Shown here: positions 1 to 10,482 of the stretch, piece after piece | Layout: each line of letters starts with the position of its first letter | How positions within the stretch are numbered: position 1 is the first letter of the stretch | Origin: Candidatus Poribacteria bacterium | Lineage (GTDB): Bacteria > Poribacteria > WGA-4E > WGA-3G | DNA: 64,000 nucleotides | NCBI GenBank assembly: GCA_963665235.2 | Contig: CAXXLX010000001.1 | Coordinates: 2,432,001 to 2,496,000 of the forward strand | Reading direction: 5' to 3' | Program-made: the position numbers and the translations under genes | The notes under the pieces: generated by a model | Databases searched by the model: none | What the model was told of the DNA's origin: nothing | Seen by the model: the letters and a program-made list of their open reading frames with translations, nothing else

Positions 1-10
1 TACGGCTGTA

Positions 11-931
11 ATGGATTATGTTCAACGCCACAAAAAGGAATTGGACTCGCCGCAGACCAAGCGGACGCGCGACCGACGAGACGCACCGAAACAGGCACGG
101 GAGCAAGCTATCTCACGGTTGATGTGTTGGGCAGATACGGAGGGCATCTTACAGGTCGACCCTGCCCCTACCTTACCATACCTATTGGAGTTGATTGGCG
201 AACTGCCGGACGCAAATAGGGGGTGCCCGTTTCTCGTACCTGTGACGCTTGTTCAACGGATTCAAAACACCCTTGAGTCCACCTATCCTATCCATGCTTT
301 GGATGCATCCCTCGTCGCATCTGAAAACGTCCTTGCCCCACGTTCTCAGGAGACAGTTGAATGCTTTCAAGAGGCGTTGCAAAACGTGCGGGACAGCTTG
401 CCACCTAACCCTACAATTGTGGACATCGGTTGTGGCAGTGGATGCTTGACGTTGTTGGCGTGGCAGGAGCTGGGGGAAACAGCAGAAATATATGCATCTG
501 ACCTCCTTCCTGAAGCAGTGGCAACGACGAAATTGAACATTCAACGCCTCTTGTCACATTCGGACAATATCCATGTCATGCCCCCCGGTGACCTGTTTGC
601 GCCATTCAGTTCGCGTCAATTTGACGTAATTCTTTTCAATGCGCCGTGGGTTGTTGCCCGTGCACGCAACCGGGCAGAACTTGCTATACACGATGAAAAA
701 CAGCAAACCTTGCAACGTTTTTTTGAACAAGTGCCGAACTTCCTAAAACCTGAGGGTATGCTGCTGTTAGGTTACGCGGATGCCTCCGGACAGAAAGCAA
801 TTGCCAACCTTGAAAGAATAATCGCGGAGGCGCGGTTCGTGTGTAACGCGCGCTTCAAAAGACGGGTTGCAACGCATCGTTCTAAACGGAAGTGGGAACA
901 GATTCGGGTGTACGTTTTAGGGAGAGAATAG
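11..931 (+). CDS. Class I SAM-dependent methyltransferase (HemK/PrmC-like C-terminal domain); may start upstream of the window
   Basis: IVDIGCGSGC SAM-binding motif, DLLPEAV, FDVILFNAPW (NPPY-like); frame is open to the window edge. Confidence 0.8.
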   Translation: MDYVQRHKKELDSPQTKRTRDRRDAPKQAREQAISRLMCWADTEGILQVDPAPTLPYLLELIGELPDANRGCPFLVPVTLVQRIQNTLESTYPIHALDASLVASENVLAPRSQETVECFQEALQNVRDSLPPNPTIVDIGCGSGCLTLLAWQELGETAEIYASDLLPEAVATTKLNIQRLLSHSDNIHVMPPGDLFAPFSSRQFDVILFNAPWVVARARNRAELAIHDEKQQTLQRFFEQVPNFLKPEGMLLLGYADASGQKAIANLERIIAEARFVCNARFKRRVATHRSKRKWEQIRVYVLGRE

Positions 932-985
932 ATGAGTACGTTCAGGTATAATGTCGAGACAGCAATGACAGGACGCTCACCTATT

Positions 986-1008
986 GTAGGCGCGATAAGC
1001 GCACCTAC
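986..1008. repeat. GTAG-type REP-like palindrome
   Basis: GTAGGCGCGATAAGCGCACCTAC; related copies at about 22237-22262 and 63602-63628. Confidence 0.6.
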
Positions 1009-1048
1009 AACAGACTCGCGCGGTTAATTAGAGATACCTACCTTTTTA

Positions 1049-1379
1049 CTATAGTTTGGACAATATCCGTGAGTCGGATCCCCGCTTTCAAAGCATCTCT
1101 GATTTTTCTCTAAGTGCCTCACACAAATGCAAACAGGAGAAAAATGGTTTCCGCCGATGGGTTTCCAAAGCGCGGTTTCCCCAGTGGGGCGGAATGTTTA
1201 TAGAATGTTGGAAACCGTTGGAAACCGTTGGAAACCGTTAGCAAGAAGGTTGTGATGCTAAGCCTATCTCTGCTGCGCGTCAAAACCCTCTTCCCCGCTT
1301 CCACCCTTCCATTCTTCCAACCTTCCACCTATCCGTTTGACCAGAACGTTGTGCCTCCCTAAAATTGTCCAAACTTTAG
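1049..1379. mobile_element. 331-bp miniature inverted-repeat element (MITE)
   Basis: 16-bp TIR CTATAGTTTGGACAAT / ATTGTCCAAACTTTAG (1 mismatch); perfect 10-bp flanking direct repeat TACCTTTTTA at 1039-1048 and 1380-1389. Confidence 0.8.
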
Positions 1380-1386
1380 TACCTTT

Positions 1387-2097
1387 TTACCAGAGGCGTG
1401 TGAAATTCAATCTGCCGGTAAGTCCTGTTTCCTCATCACCTTTTTTAGTTTCATATCCAACATATATGCCGAGGGTGTTATTCTCACCGTAGCCGAGCTC
1501 CACACGTCCGCCGACGTTTAAATTCAACAGCTCACCCTCATCACCGAGCGTCATGAACGTTTCAATCTGCGGCCCGATTGCGATAGTATCGTTAAGGGAA
1601 TAGGTAATAAAATTGCGGGTGTAGAGAGAATCTGTCCTTTCGTCATCTAATACAGAAGCAACGGTGCTGTATGTCCAAGAGAAAAGGAACATCTTATCGA
1701 TGGATAAGAAAGCCAAGAATTGTGGATGCAATCTTTCCGGTCCATCCGCATTCTTATAATTAAAACCGATGCCGAGCATCGGGAGCAGGAAAAGTGACGA
1801 ATTGTCCTCGTAAAATGCGGGGACTGTGATGCCCATAGCAAACTCACCATCCGTGCCGTTTGCATAGATTTTAGAATCAAACGAGACGTTACCGAGCGGA
1901 TGGCTGGCTCCGACTAGGAAATAGGTGCCTAAGCTGTCCACGTCAACTTCGAACCATCCCGAAACCCCGCGTTCTTCTTCCTCTGTTTCTGCCTCGGTTT
2001 CATGAGCGTCCGCGAACGCAGTCGTGGAGAAACCGATGAAGCATACCATACACACTATCAGCAAGATAGCATGCAATTGAAATATTTCGATTTTCAT
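1387..2097 (-). CDS. Secreted hypothetical protein, probable outer-membrane beta-barrel
   Basis: Signal peptide (AFA-DA), amphipathic beta-strand pattern, terminal aromatic residue (NFTRLW), AAGGAG RBS. Confidence 0.6.
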   Translation of the reverse strand: MKIEIFQLHAILLIVCMVCFIGFSTTAFADAHETEAETEEEERGVSGWFEVDVDSLGTYFLVGASHPLGNVSFDSKIYANGTDGEFAMGITVPAFYEDNSSLFLLPMLGIGFNYKNADGPERLHPQFLAFLSIDKMFLFSWTYSTVASVLDDERTDSLYTRNFITYSLNDTIAIGPQIETFMTLGDEGELLNLNVGGRVELGYGENNTLGIYVGYETKKGDEETGLTGRLNFTRLW

Positions 2098-2242
2098 GTA
2101 AATCTCCTTTGTTGTGTGAATTAATCACATATATATTAGTATATCCTATTTTCCGAGAAGATTCAACAATTTTGGAGAATGCCTAGGCAGTTCGTCTGCT
2201 TTACCTCGCTTTGTGCCTACAGCGCAAAAATCCTTGCCTGAG

Positions 2243-2923
2243 TTAACCCGCTGCCTTGACCTGCCGCATCAACCGTTCCAGCTTATTTTTATCTTTGACA
2301 CCCTTCGATGCCTCCACACCGGAACAGAGGTCAATGCCGTGGGGTTGGATTGTCTCAATGGCTGCTTTGACGTTCTCCGGACGAATTCCCCCCGCAAAGA
2401 AAACCGGTAGCGGGCTTTCTGCGATAAGTGCAGCAGCAACATGCCAATCACAGGTTTTGCCTGTCCCACCATATCGGGGCGGTTCCTGGCTCATATCAAC
2501 AGTATCAAATAAGAGAAAATCGGCACCAGCATCCCGGTACGCGTCCATTTCTGCTTGAACTGCTAACATATCCACATTTTCTGGACTCCCCGCAGGCAGG
2601 TAAACCGATTTCCAGAGTTGACACGACACGTGTCCCTTAAGTGCTTCGACCTGTTGGGGCGGCTCCTGCCCGAGGAGCTGAACCGCAAACGGTTGAATTC
2701 GTGACACCGCTTCCTGAATCTCCGCCGTTGTTCGATTGTATAGCAGCAAAACCGTCGGAATGGGACTTACTTTAGCAATGTCTACCGCTTGTTCAGTGGT
2801 CAGCGACCGTTCTGAAGAGGCGACATCTACCAATACCCCAGAATAATCTGCACCGGCTTCAGCCGCTAGGTGGGCATCATGAATTGAGGTAGTGCCGCAG
2901 ATTTTGACAACGCACTTGTTCAT
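2243..2923 (-). CDS. trpF: Phosphoribosylanthranilate isomerase
   Basis: VKICG, LLFDT, YGGTGKTCDW, FAGGIRPENV, GIDLCSGVE motifs. Confidence 0.93.
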   Translation of the reverse strand: MNKCVVKICGTTSIHDAHLAAEAGADYSGVLVDVASSERSLTTEQAVDIAKVSPIPTVLLLYNRTTAEIQEAVSRIQPFAVQLLGQEPPQQVEALKGHVSCQLWKSVYLPAGSPENVDMLAVQAEMDAYRDAGADFLLFDTVDMSQEPPRYGGTGKTCDWHVAAALIAESPLPVFFAGGIRPENVKAAIETIQPHGIDLCSGVEASKGVKDKNKLERLMRQVKAAG

Positions 2924-2974
2924 TTTTCTCCTTTCTCCTATCGTAATAGCATCCCATTGCCTTCGACTCCAAGA

Positions 2975-4330
2975 CTAGCGAAACCCCTTCCGTTTAGGAG
3001 GCAGCAACGCCTTAAAAACTTTTGGAGCTCTCTTTTTCAGCTTGTCGAGTTGTCGTCCGATGAGTTTCCGAGTCGACTTATCTTCCTCTATCAATGTCAT
3101 CAATAATAGTATCCTGGCTTGTTCCTTTGCTGGAAATTCAGTTAGCTTATCAAGGATAGCATCTGTGTTTTCCTTCACCTCGTTTGGTTTTAGAAAACGG
3201 CGAATTGACCAAGACAACACAACTGCCATATAGATGTCATCTTGAGACTCGGAGGCTACCAATTCGTTGAGCATATCCTTTGTGTAAGGTTCCAAAAAAG
3301 CACTGTTAAAAGAGATGTCGCTTAGGGTCAGTGCAATGAAGTCAGAGAAAATATTAGGGATATTAACATCCATGGAAGCGAAGATTTCCTGGAATTTCTC
3401 ACGTACCTGGGGCGCATAACGAATTGCGTTTTTAAGCCCATAAGTGTGCTGTTGGGGCGGAGAGTGCCACCCCGCTTGGAGCAGCCGACCGCCAAGAAGT
3501 TTGCCAAGGTCGGCGGTGAGCTCCGTATCGGCATGCGAATAAATTTTTTCCAATAACGATTGACTTATCTCCCGCCGTAGCCCAATGTAAAAGAAGGCAA
3601 CCTCGCTCCAGAGGTCGTCGAAATAGGTGTCTACAATCAGGTCCTCATTTAGGTCCTCAACGTACCCCCAATTTTCATGGATGTAGAACGCAGCGAAGTA
3701 ATCAAGGAAAGACCTATGTTTGAAAATCACTTCCACCTGTCCATTTAAAATGCCTGCCCTCTCTATTTCTCGGACAAACCCCTTCAATTTTTCAGCGTCC
3801 CATCTATATTGCAGTGCATAAGCATTGAGAAACTGTTCAAATTCCTCGCGAGGCACTGCCAGCCTGTTTTTGTTCCGAAACTCTTGATAAGCGAGAACGC
3901 TCAGAAATTTCCTTTTCACGCGATAATCAAATAGCACCTCAATTCCTCTATCCCAATCTTCTGCACCTAGTGCCATGTCAAAAAACCGCTCGTAGAGTTC
4001 TGTGACAGATGCGGGAATCTCCTTATGTTCTTCAACCAACTCAACAAGTAGCATGAGGGAAAGCGGGACTAGCGGAATTTGTGCTTGTATTTTTTCAAGA
4101 CTTTCTTTCATGGCCGTCAACACGTTAGGGTCGCTTACCAATTTGGTAACCATTTTTAAAGCCTGACTGAATTCAAACGGAAGCAATTCATATTTCTGAT
4201 ATTTCTCAGGCAATGTGTTGAGAATGTCAATCTTCCGGCTGGTGAGAATATAGGAGCACCCTATTGATTCCGAAAATTCGTCCAATTTATCAATAACATC
4301 GCGTCGGTGGGGGGGATTCAATTTCATCAA
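2975..4330 (-). pseudogene. C-terminal part of an interrupted REase-NACHT (STAND) NTPase
   Basis: ILTSR sensor, ELLPF, VPLSL, winged-helix FKHRSFLDYFAA motifs; joins the 5631-6665 fragment across an insertion. Confidence 0.8.
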
Positions 4331-4455
4331 AATCTTAGGTGTGTAGACCCCGTTGCTTTAGCACGGGGAGGAAACACCGCTCCTATATTGAAAGTTCAAG
4401 CGTGTGAGGACTTGAAAATCTGTGCGTTTCGCACCCGTTGTGAGGCGTTCACCTT

Positions 4456-5424
4456 CTAAACTATAGATAGAAAACACCCCTTTCGCATTAATACCCGTCC
4501 TCGGTGGGAAGGACGTGTGATACCGTGTTTGCCGTGCTTTATCAGCGTGTTTTTCACAAGTCCTTCGCCTAACACAGTTCCGCCATATCTTGACCGTATT
4601 CCGCCCTTTGCTGGTTGTTCTCGGTGCAAGTTACGCCTTGCTACGGGTATCGGGGATATGCAAAACACGGCTGTATTGTCGGGTTTGAGTGCCATCGCTT
4701 TCTTTGTGTCACCATTGACAACCGAATGTGCCATCACCCAACTATCAACGCAGTGTGCATAGAAGTCATCAGAGAGTTTGTCTTGGCTCTTCTCTAATCC
4801 TAATGCCTTCCTCCGCGCGGAAGTCCACCTGCCTTTATAGCAAAACACATTTCCAACGCCATAGCGTGCTATCAACTCAGAGACAAACCAGCGTTTACCA
4901 ACCTCCAACGGACTAAAAGCTGTGTTCCATCGCTTCTTACCCGGTTTTGTTCTTGCCTTGATGTCCTCCAAACAGATTTTTGTGACAGGATACAAGTCAG
5001 ACACCCAATCCAGGATGCGGAGTTTCCAATCCCAACGGGCCCGGGTGCCTGCGGGGAGTTTCTGTCTGTTCGCACCTTTGTTGGTGCGGTTCTTGCGGTT
5101 GGGACACTTCCGAGAACGCCTACCTCGGCGGAGTTCACGTCTTTTCTCAACCTTCTTTCCAACTTTGTTATGTGCATCTGCCTGCACGTTCAGATACGTA
5201 TGCGTCGCAGATTTGACGGTAAATCCCTCTTTCTTACTTCCAGGATCTACACCGACAACGATGTCTTGTGTTTCTCTATCACTCGGTGCTTTGTTGAGAC
5301 GGACACAATAGACACCGTTGTTCCAATAAGGCGTTGCTTCACCGCGTTTGACAAGTTTCCTCGCACGTGCAGCATGCATCGGCATCAGCTGTTGTCCATC
5401 CTTTGTTTTGACTGGCACAAACAT
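4456..5424 (-). CDS. isrB: IsrB-like RNA-guided nickase (RRXRR/PLMP domain, split RuvC, no HNH); C-terminus probably frameshifted
   Basis: QLMP, VGVDPGSK (RuvC-I), Arg-rich bridge helix RRELRRGRRSRK, CLEDIK (RuvC-II), HCVDS (RuvC-III); no HNH or CxxC. Confidence 0.85.
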   Translation of the reverse strand: MFVPVKTKDGQQLMPMHAARARKLVKRGEATPYWNNGVYCVRLNKAPSDRETQDIVVGVDPGSKKEGFTVKSATHTYLNVQADAHNKVGKKVEKRRELRRGRRSRKCPNRKNRTNKGANRQKLPAGTRARWDWKLRILDWVSDLYPVTKICLEDIKARTKPGKKRWNTAFSPLEVGKRWFVSELIARYGVGNVFCYKGRWTSARRKALGLEKSQDKLSDDFYAHCVDSWVMAHSVVNGDTKKAMALKPDNTAVFCISPIPVARRNLHREQPAKGGIRSRYGGTVLGEGLVKNTLIKHGKHGITRPSHRGRVLMRKGCFLSIV

Positions 5425-5638
5425 AAGTTTGTTTTCTCCTTTCGGGTATATATTGCCCCATCCAGATCAGGGGTTCGTAGTGGAATCGGACTTGGGGAGC
5501 ATCCGAAACATACTTTAGGCTGCCACGCCCAGAACCCCCGATATATTACTGTAGTCAACAAGTTACCCTCGTCTCTGTGATAGCCTTGGCGGGCATCAAA
5601 GACAGGTTTCCCCTATGCTTTAGCTGGGGGTTATTGAC
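5425..5638 (-). ncRNA. omegaRNA (HEARO-like) scaffold
   Basis: Starts GTCAATAACCCCCAGCTAAAGC, can pair with downstream TTGTTGAC, contains GGATGCTCCCCAAGTCC; lies directly upstream of isrB. Confidence 0.8.
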
Positions 5639-6665
5639 CTAATCCATCAACGACCAATACATCTACGTGAAAACGTTTCTCGGTTTCATCGCATTCAAAG
5701 TGTGCTGACAGAAAACTGTCCACTGATTCTAATTCTAAGAATTGTCTTGCGGTGACGACGATAGGTACGGATATTTTTTTATCAGATTTTCCCGGTTTTT
5801 TCAACAAACGTTTGTAGGCATCTCGATACATACCAATGGCTAATTTCGCCATAGCACCTGTTTTACCGGTCCCCGGGTCACCTAATAAAATCAGTTTTTT
5901 CCGCTCCTTGGCGAAAATTTCTCGCAGATGCAAGAAAGAAAATTTCCTTTTTTTCAGTACCGTTCTTATACTCTTTTCATCAAATTTACGTTGCGCGGTG
6001 AGCGGTCTAATTAAGGGCTCAACGAAGTATTCGGACAAATTTTTACCCGATTCCCCACGCCGATGATTTGCCTCTAATTCGCTAATTTTCTTCTCAAGGA
6101 AACTGATAACTCTTCCTTCAAAGAAAATCTCCGGATAAAATTCGGTGAAATTGTCAATGAGCCAATTGATATCGAATACCTTAATTGTGGTTGCCGTTGT
6201 GAGTTCACTTGTAAGTCTTTTTCGCGCATTGTTACTACACTCCCCTGCTAACACAACGTAAACCGTGGAGACGGGTAAATCTTCAAGAATTGATTTCGTT
6301 TGAGCGGGATGTGCTTCAGCTTGTTCGATTTGGCTCTGAATTTCCGCTACTCTTTTCGCGGTGCTCCGCGAGAAAACAGCCTGAGTACGCGATTTTAAGT
6401 CGTCAACATCACCAAGAGTCTTACCGTTGATATGCCCACATTTCACCACAACCCCGATAACATGTGTGATAAGTCCGCTATTTTTAACCAGGACAAGGTC
6501 TTTCCCAAATTCCCGTGCGCCGTGGGTGATTTCTACTAGATAATCAGGCTCCATCGCTTGAAACAATTCTTTCAGGAGCTTATGCAAGTCCGTTTCCCGG
6601 TAATCCATAATGATTTGCCGTCGTAGAGCTTTTGGTAGAGATTGTGCTTTCTTCTTCAAATCCAT
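5631..6665 (-). pseudogene. N-terminal part of the interrupted Mrr-like REase + NACHT NTPase
   Basis: HGAREFGKDLV...VVVK nuclease-like motif, Walker A GDPGTGKT, Walker B VLVVDGL cut at the insertion. Confidence 0.82.
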
Positions 6666-6729
6666 TTTGCAGCTCCTTTTTTAGGAGAATAGGTGAGTAC
6701 AGAAACTCACCCTTACGGTTCGGCAAAAA

Positions 6730-7086
6730 CTACAAAAACACCGTTTGCCGGTCGGCATCCGAATAACAGATAATCATCGTCACAGGTTGCCAGCCGGTGT
6801 TGACAGCGTTGTGTTTTACGTTGCGCGGAATACGTAACATCATACCCGGTTTGAGCGGAATGACTTCATCTCCTAACGTATGGTCACATTCACCGGAGAG
6901 GACATAGATGAGCTCCTCACAGTTCGGATGATAGTGGGGTGGGTTTCCTTCGCCTGCATTAATGTAAACGACACCGAAAGTCATCTCAGCCGCCGGGTCG
7001 ATTTCGTTATTGCATAACCATTTAATGGCACCCCATGGAAATTCAAGAGCACCCGCCTCATTGCTATTGGTTAAGGTGATTTCCAT
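6730..7086 (-). CDS. Cupin domain protein
   Basis: HYHPNCEELIYVLSG and IPRNVKH cupin motifs. Confidence 0.88.
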   Translation of the reverse strand: MEITLTNSNEAGALEFPWGAIKWLCNNEIDPAAEMTFGVVYINAGEGNPPHYHPNCEELIYVLSGECDHTLGDEVIPLKPGMMLRIPRNVKHNAVNTGWQPVTMIICYSDADRQTVFL

Positions 7087-7119
7087 CGTCCTTTTCCTTT
7101 TATAGTAAGCGGCGTTTGT

Positions 7120-7956
7120 CTACACAGAAAAGCATGCCAATCTTTGTTGAACATACCCTTGTAGACCTACTGCCGGTTTTTCATGAAGATAGCCGATAGG
7201 TGCACAGATAGCTCTCACACTGTCGACCTGCTGGTTCACTTCATGATGTGTGTGCCCGAAGAGGACATGTGTGACAAGCGGTTCGTTACGGCAGCGCGCG
7301 CCGAGCCCTTCACTTCCCATGAACGCGCGAAAAAAGTCCCACGGCAACTCGCCGCGGTAGTGGATACACTCCCGAAACGGAACGTGATGTGTGACAACGA
7401 TGATACGCGATACCTGATTCCGGAGAAAATCGAGCTGCTTCCCAAGTTCCGCCTCAAAACGGTGGGCGATAGCTGGGTCGGTGTCGAGCCACCTGGCGTA
7501 GTGCTTATCACTCCAAACTGTCCCCATCAGCTGTTTTTCTGCGTATTGTTCGGTAGAAAAGTTGTAGCCTTCTGGGGCAAACGTATAATCATACCACCCG
7601 ATGGTACCACAGAATCCCACCGCTCCGATGAAATAGGGGGCATCCATGAGTGAAAAAAAACCATTGTCGTGACAAATTTCTGAAATTACCCGGCATTTTT
7701 GAGTGCTTGTCAGGCCAGCCTTTTCGCTAACCCAAATGTCGTGGTTGCCGGGAACGAAAAGCATCGGGCATGTCAAATCGGATTGTTTGAATTCACTAAG
7801 TATTTTGTAAAATTCGGATAAATTTGGCGTTATATCTCCAGCTAGGACAAAAACGTCAAGTTCTTCGGCTTCTATAGCATCGATAAGATACGGCACAATT
7901 GCGCTATTCGCTTCAGTTGCGTCTATATGTAGGTCAGAAATGAGTCCTATCTTCAT
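7120..7956 (-). CDS. Calcineurin-like metallophosphoesterase
   Basis: SDLH, AGD, GNHD, THH, GHTH motifs. Confidence 0.9.
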   Translation of the reverse strand: MKIGLISDLHIDATEANSAIVPYLIDAIEAEELDVFVLAGDITPNLSEFYKILSEFKQSDLTCPMLFVPGNHDIWVSEKAGLTSTQKCRVISEICHDNGFFSLMDAPYFIGAVGFCGTIGWYDYTFAPEGYNFSTEQYAEKQLMGTVWSDKHYARWLDTDPAIAHRFEAELGKQLDFLRNQVSRIIVVTHHVPFRECIHYRGELPWDFFRAFMGSEGLGARCRNEPLVTHVLFGHTHHEVNQQVDSVRAICAPIGYLHEKPAVGLQGYVQQRLACFSV

Positions 7957-8007
7957 TATCAGCAGTTAGCAATCAGGTAGCGGGTTTGCTATAACAGCAT
8001 CCCGCGT

Positions 8008-9447
8008 TTAGTTAGATGTGGTTGTTAAGCTTGTGAACACTTCATCAAGAAAGATACGAATAGCAGAGTTATCGCCTTGGAACCGCTGTCGTTGGCGTTC
8101 AAGTGCGCGAAGTGAGGCGGTATCGCCAATTTTTGCGAGAGCGTCAACTAGCGTTAATTGAATTGCGGGTGCTTCGGTAGTTTCAAGAGTCTTAATCAAA
8201 AAATTCCGTGCTTTCGTTCCACCGATGTGCCCGAGTGCGGAGACAGCAATATCTTTCGCCGAGGTATCCGCGTCATCAAAGGCGGCAATAAGTGCATCAA
8301 CCGCTGGCGCGCCAATCTGACTGAGTGCCAAGCCTGCTTGAAAACGGATACCCGGGATTTCATTTCGGTTTTTGAGGACTTTGACGAGCGGTTCAATTGC
8401 CGAAATAGGCTTAAGTGTTCCAAGGATAGTGAGACACGCTCGCCGAATTTCCTGCTCCGGCTCCGTCACAAGTTGCGTATACTGCTCAACAAGTTCCACA
8501 AGGGGCCCTTCATTGACCTTCTGGTACAATGCCTCGGAGCGGTGTCGAAATTGGGTGCCGAAGGGAGCTGCCAACGTTGCCGTGTTTTCTGTGAGGTTAA
8601 CCCGCAGCAGTCCGAGAATTTCAGCGGATTCCCGGTGCCGAGGCTCAAGTACGTCAGCAGGCAGCTGATTTGCATCGGCACGTTGAAACTGCTGAAATAG
8701 CGGGTTAAGTTTGCTGAAAGCGACAAGCCGTTCTAAGCTCCGCGCTGCTGCTTTTCGAAGCGAAAGCTCTGGACTGTTTTGGAGGACTTCAGCCAAAGCT
8801 TCCACAGCCCGGGCATCCCCTAAGTTGCCGAGGGCTGTAACAGCGGCAATTTTCACACCGATGAGTTCTGTTGTGCGAAACCGCAACGTGTTCCCCTGTT
8901 TTGAGAATTCCTTGACACTCTTTTTGTAGTCGCTGAGACTGTAAATTTTTCGCTCATCAACAATCTTTTCAACGATATTTCCGACCTGAATCATGTCAGT
9001 ATTCGCTGCCGGGGTGCCGGGTTTAATTTCTTTAATACGGGTAGTGCCGGTGCCTTCAACCTTTAAACCGACCTTGTCCCCAGTTTTTCGCGTTGCGATG
9101 CGGAGCGGCGGTTTACCTTTGAGGTATAGCAGCATATTATTATCTTTCGCTATTGCCTTTTTGACTGCATTCTTGAAATCCCCAGGGCTCTGAATTGGAT
9201 ATTCCCCAATTACGTAAGAAATCAGTTCTCCAGGTAGCAGGTTCGCTTTATCGGCGGGACCGTTCGGCGTAACAGTGCGGATAACAACTCCGCTTGTTGA
9301 CCATCGATTTTCGAGGTCACTATCAAGTTGTTGTACCTCCATTTGCAGCCGTTCATCGTAATAGCGGTTGTCACATCCTATTGTGATGCCTAGGACGACA
9401 AGCAGCAAGAGGGTTAGTATGTTTTTCAGCATCCGTGTTCCTTCCAT
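8008..9447 (-). CDS. Lipoprotein with PDZ-like domains and HEAT repeats
   Basis: Lipobox-like ITIGC; GPADKANL and GTPAA PDZ motifs; repeated ALGxLG HEAT units. Confidence 0.75.
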   Translation of the reverse strand: MEGTRMLKNILTLLLLVVLGITIGCDNRYYDERLQMEVQQLDSDLENRWSTSGVVIRTVTPNGPADKANLLPGELISYVIGEYPIQSPGDFKNAVKKAIAKDNNMLLYLKGKPPLRIATRKTGDKVGLKVEGTGTTRIKEIKPGTPAANTDMIQVGNIVEKIVDERKIYSLSDYKKSVKEFSKQGNTLRFRTTELIGVKIAAVTALGNLGDARAVEALAEVLQNSPELSLRKAAARSLERLVAFSKLNPLFQQFQRADANQLPADVLEPRHRESAEILGLLRVNLTENTATLAAPFGTQFRHRSEALYQKVNEGPLVELVEQYTQLVTEPEQEIRRACLTILGTLKPISAIEPLVKVLKNRNEIPGIRFQAGLALSQIGAPAVDALIAAFDDADTSAKDIAVSALGHIGGTKARNFLIKTLETTEAPAIQLTLVDALAKIGDTASLRALERQRQRFQGDNSAIRIFLDEVFTSLTTTSN

Positions 9448-9525
9448 TTTTTAGGTGCGATGTCGCTGTTGTTGGCATTACGTTTCTTAGGGCGTAGGCA
9501 TGCTATCTAAAATCATAAGCTCTGT

Positions 9526-10416
9526 TCAAAAATTCTTGAGTTGCACAACAGCTTCTCGGCTACTCTGCTCTTTCAATGCATCTAAAAGCGGGCGGACAGC
9601 TTTCTCATCGCCAAGTGTAGCGAGAGCGCGAATTGCATCAACTCGGAGCGAAGAGCCCTTATTCTGTGTAATTTTGACTAGCTCCGGCACCGCTTTCCCG
9701 CCAATCTTACCGAGCGCGGCGACCGCCAACTGGCGCACTGCAGGCTCCGCCCGGTCACTTTTCCGTCTCGCTGAGCCCGATTCTACCAATTCAGCGAGAA
9801 CGGGGATTGCCGCCTCACTTCCAATCTCACCGAGAGCTTTCACAACGTTCAAGCGCGTTTCCATACGATTGTGTTCAAGCAATTCAACCAAAATTGGAAC
9901 CAGTGTTGTCGGGTCGGATTTACCCAGCTGTGCTATGACCCATTGTGCATCGTGCCGGTCACGGTTATCTTTTGATTTAAGTGCCTTTTTAAGCTGCTTG
10001 AGAAGTTGATTGCGATTCCCTTCCTGGTAAATAAGCGTAAGTGCCTCCAGGGCCGCAAGTTGTATATCTACATCGTCTTCTCGGAGTGTCTCAAAGATGA
10101 GAATTTCAAGGTATTCGCGCTGTTTTTCCTGATATGCTCGGAACATGTGGTGCCCACGTGCTGAAATTGCAGCGGCATGCCACGCCGGCTGCTCGGTTTC
10201 ATAAAATTCCTGTGAGTCGTAGAATCCGAGTAAGTAGTGTGCTTCCGCGTTATTGCGTTCTTGCTGAATAGCCAATTTAAATTCGCGAACGGCTCGTTGC
10301 TCTTTCCGCCGTTTATCAGATTTAATTAAGGCTTTCCCTTTGGACAAGTGCTCGTTCTGTGCACCACAGCCAATGACAAAGAGGACAAGTCCGAGAGCGA
10401 GACAGATTTTTTGCAT
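9526..10416 (-). CDS. Lipoprotein with TPR and HEAT repeats
   Basis: Lipobox VIGC; NAEAHYLLG; ALGEIG/ALGKIG repeats. Confidence 0.75.
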   Translation of the reverse strand: MQKICLALGLVLFVIGCGAQNEHLSKGKALIKSDKRRKEQRAVREFKLAIQQERNNAEAHYLLGFYDSQEFYETEQPAWHAAAISARGHHMFRAYQEKQREYLEILIFETLREDDVDIQLAALEALTLIYQEGNRNQLLKQLKKALKSKDNRDRHDAQWVIAQLGKSDPTTLVPILVELLEHNRMETRLNVVKALGEIGSEAAIPVLAELVESGSARRKSDRAEPAVRQLAVAALGKIGGKAVPELVKITQNKGSSLRVDAIRALATLGDEKAVRPLLDALKEQSSREAVVQLKNF

Positions 10417-10482
10417 TACCTGTTTTCCTATCCTATTGAAGGTATATAGGCGGATATCCCGTTCCGCCTATATAGGTTCGTT

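Larger units (their letters stand above)
4328..5638 (-). mobile_element. Non-autonomous IS200/IS605-superfamily OMEGA element (omegaRNA + isrB), about 1311 bp
   Basis: Subterminal hairpins CCCCCAGCTAAAGCATAGGGG and CCCCGTGCTAAAGCAACGGGG; removal rejoins GATGGATTAG|ATGAAATT (DGLDEI); no tnpA inside. Confidence 0.88.
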
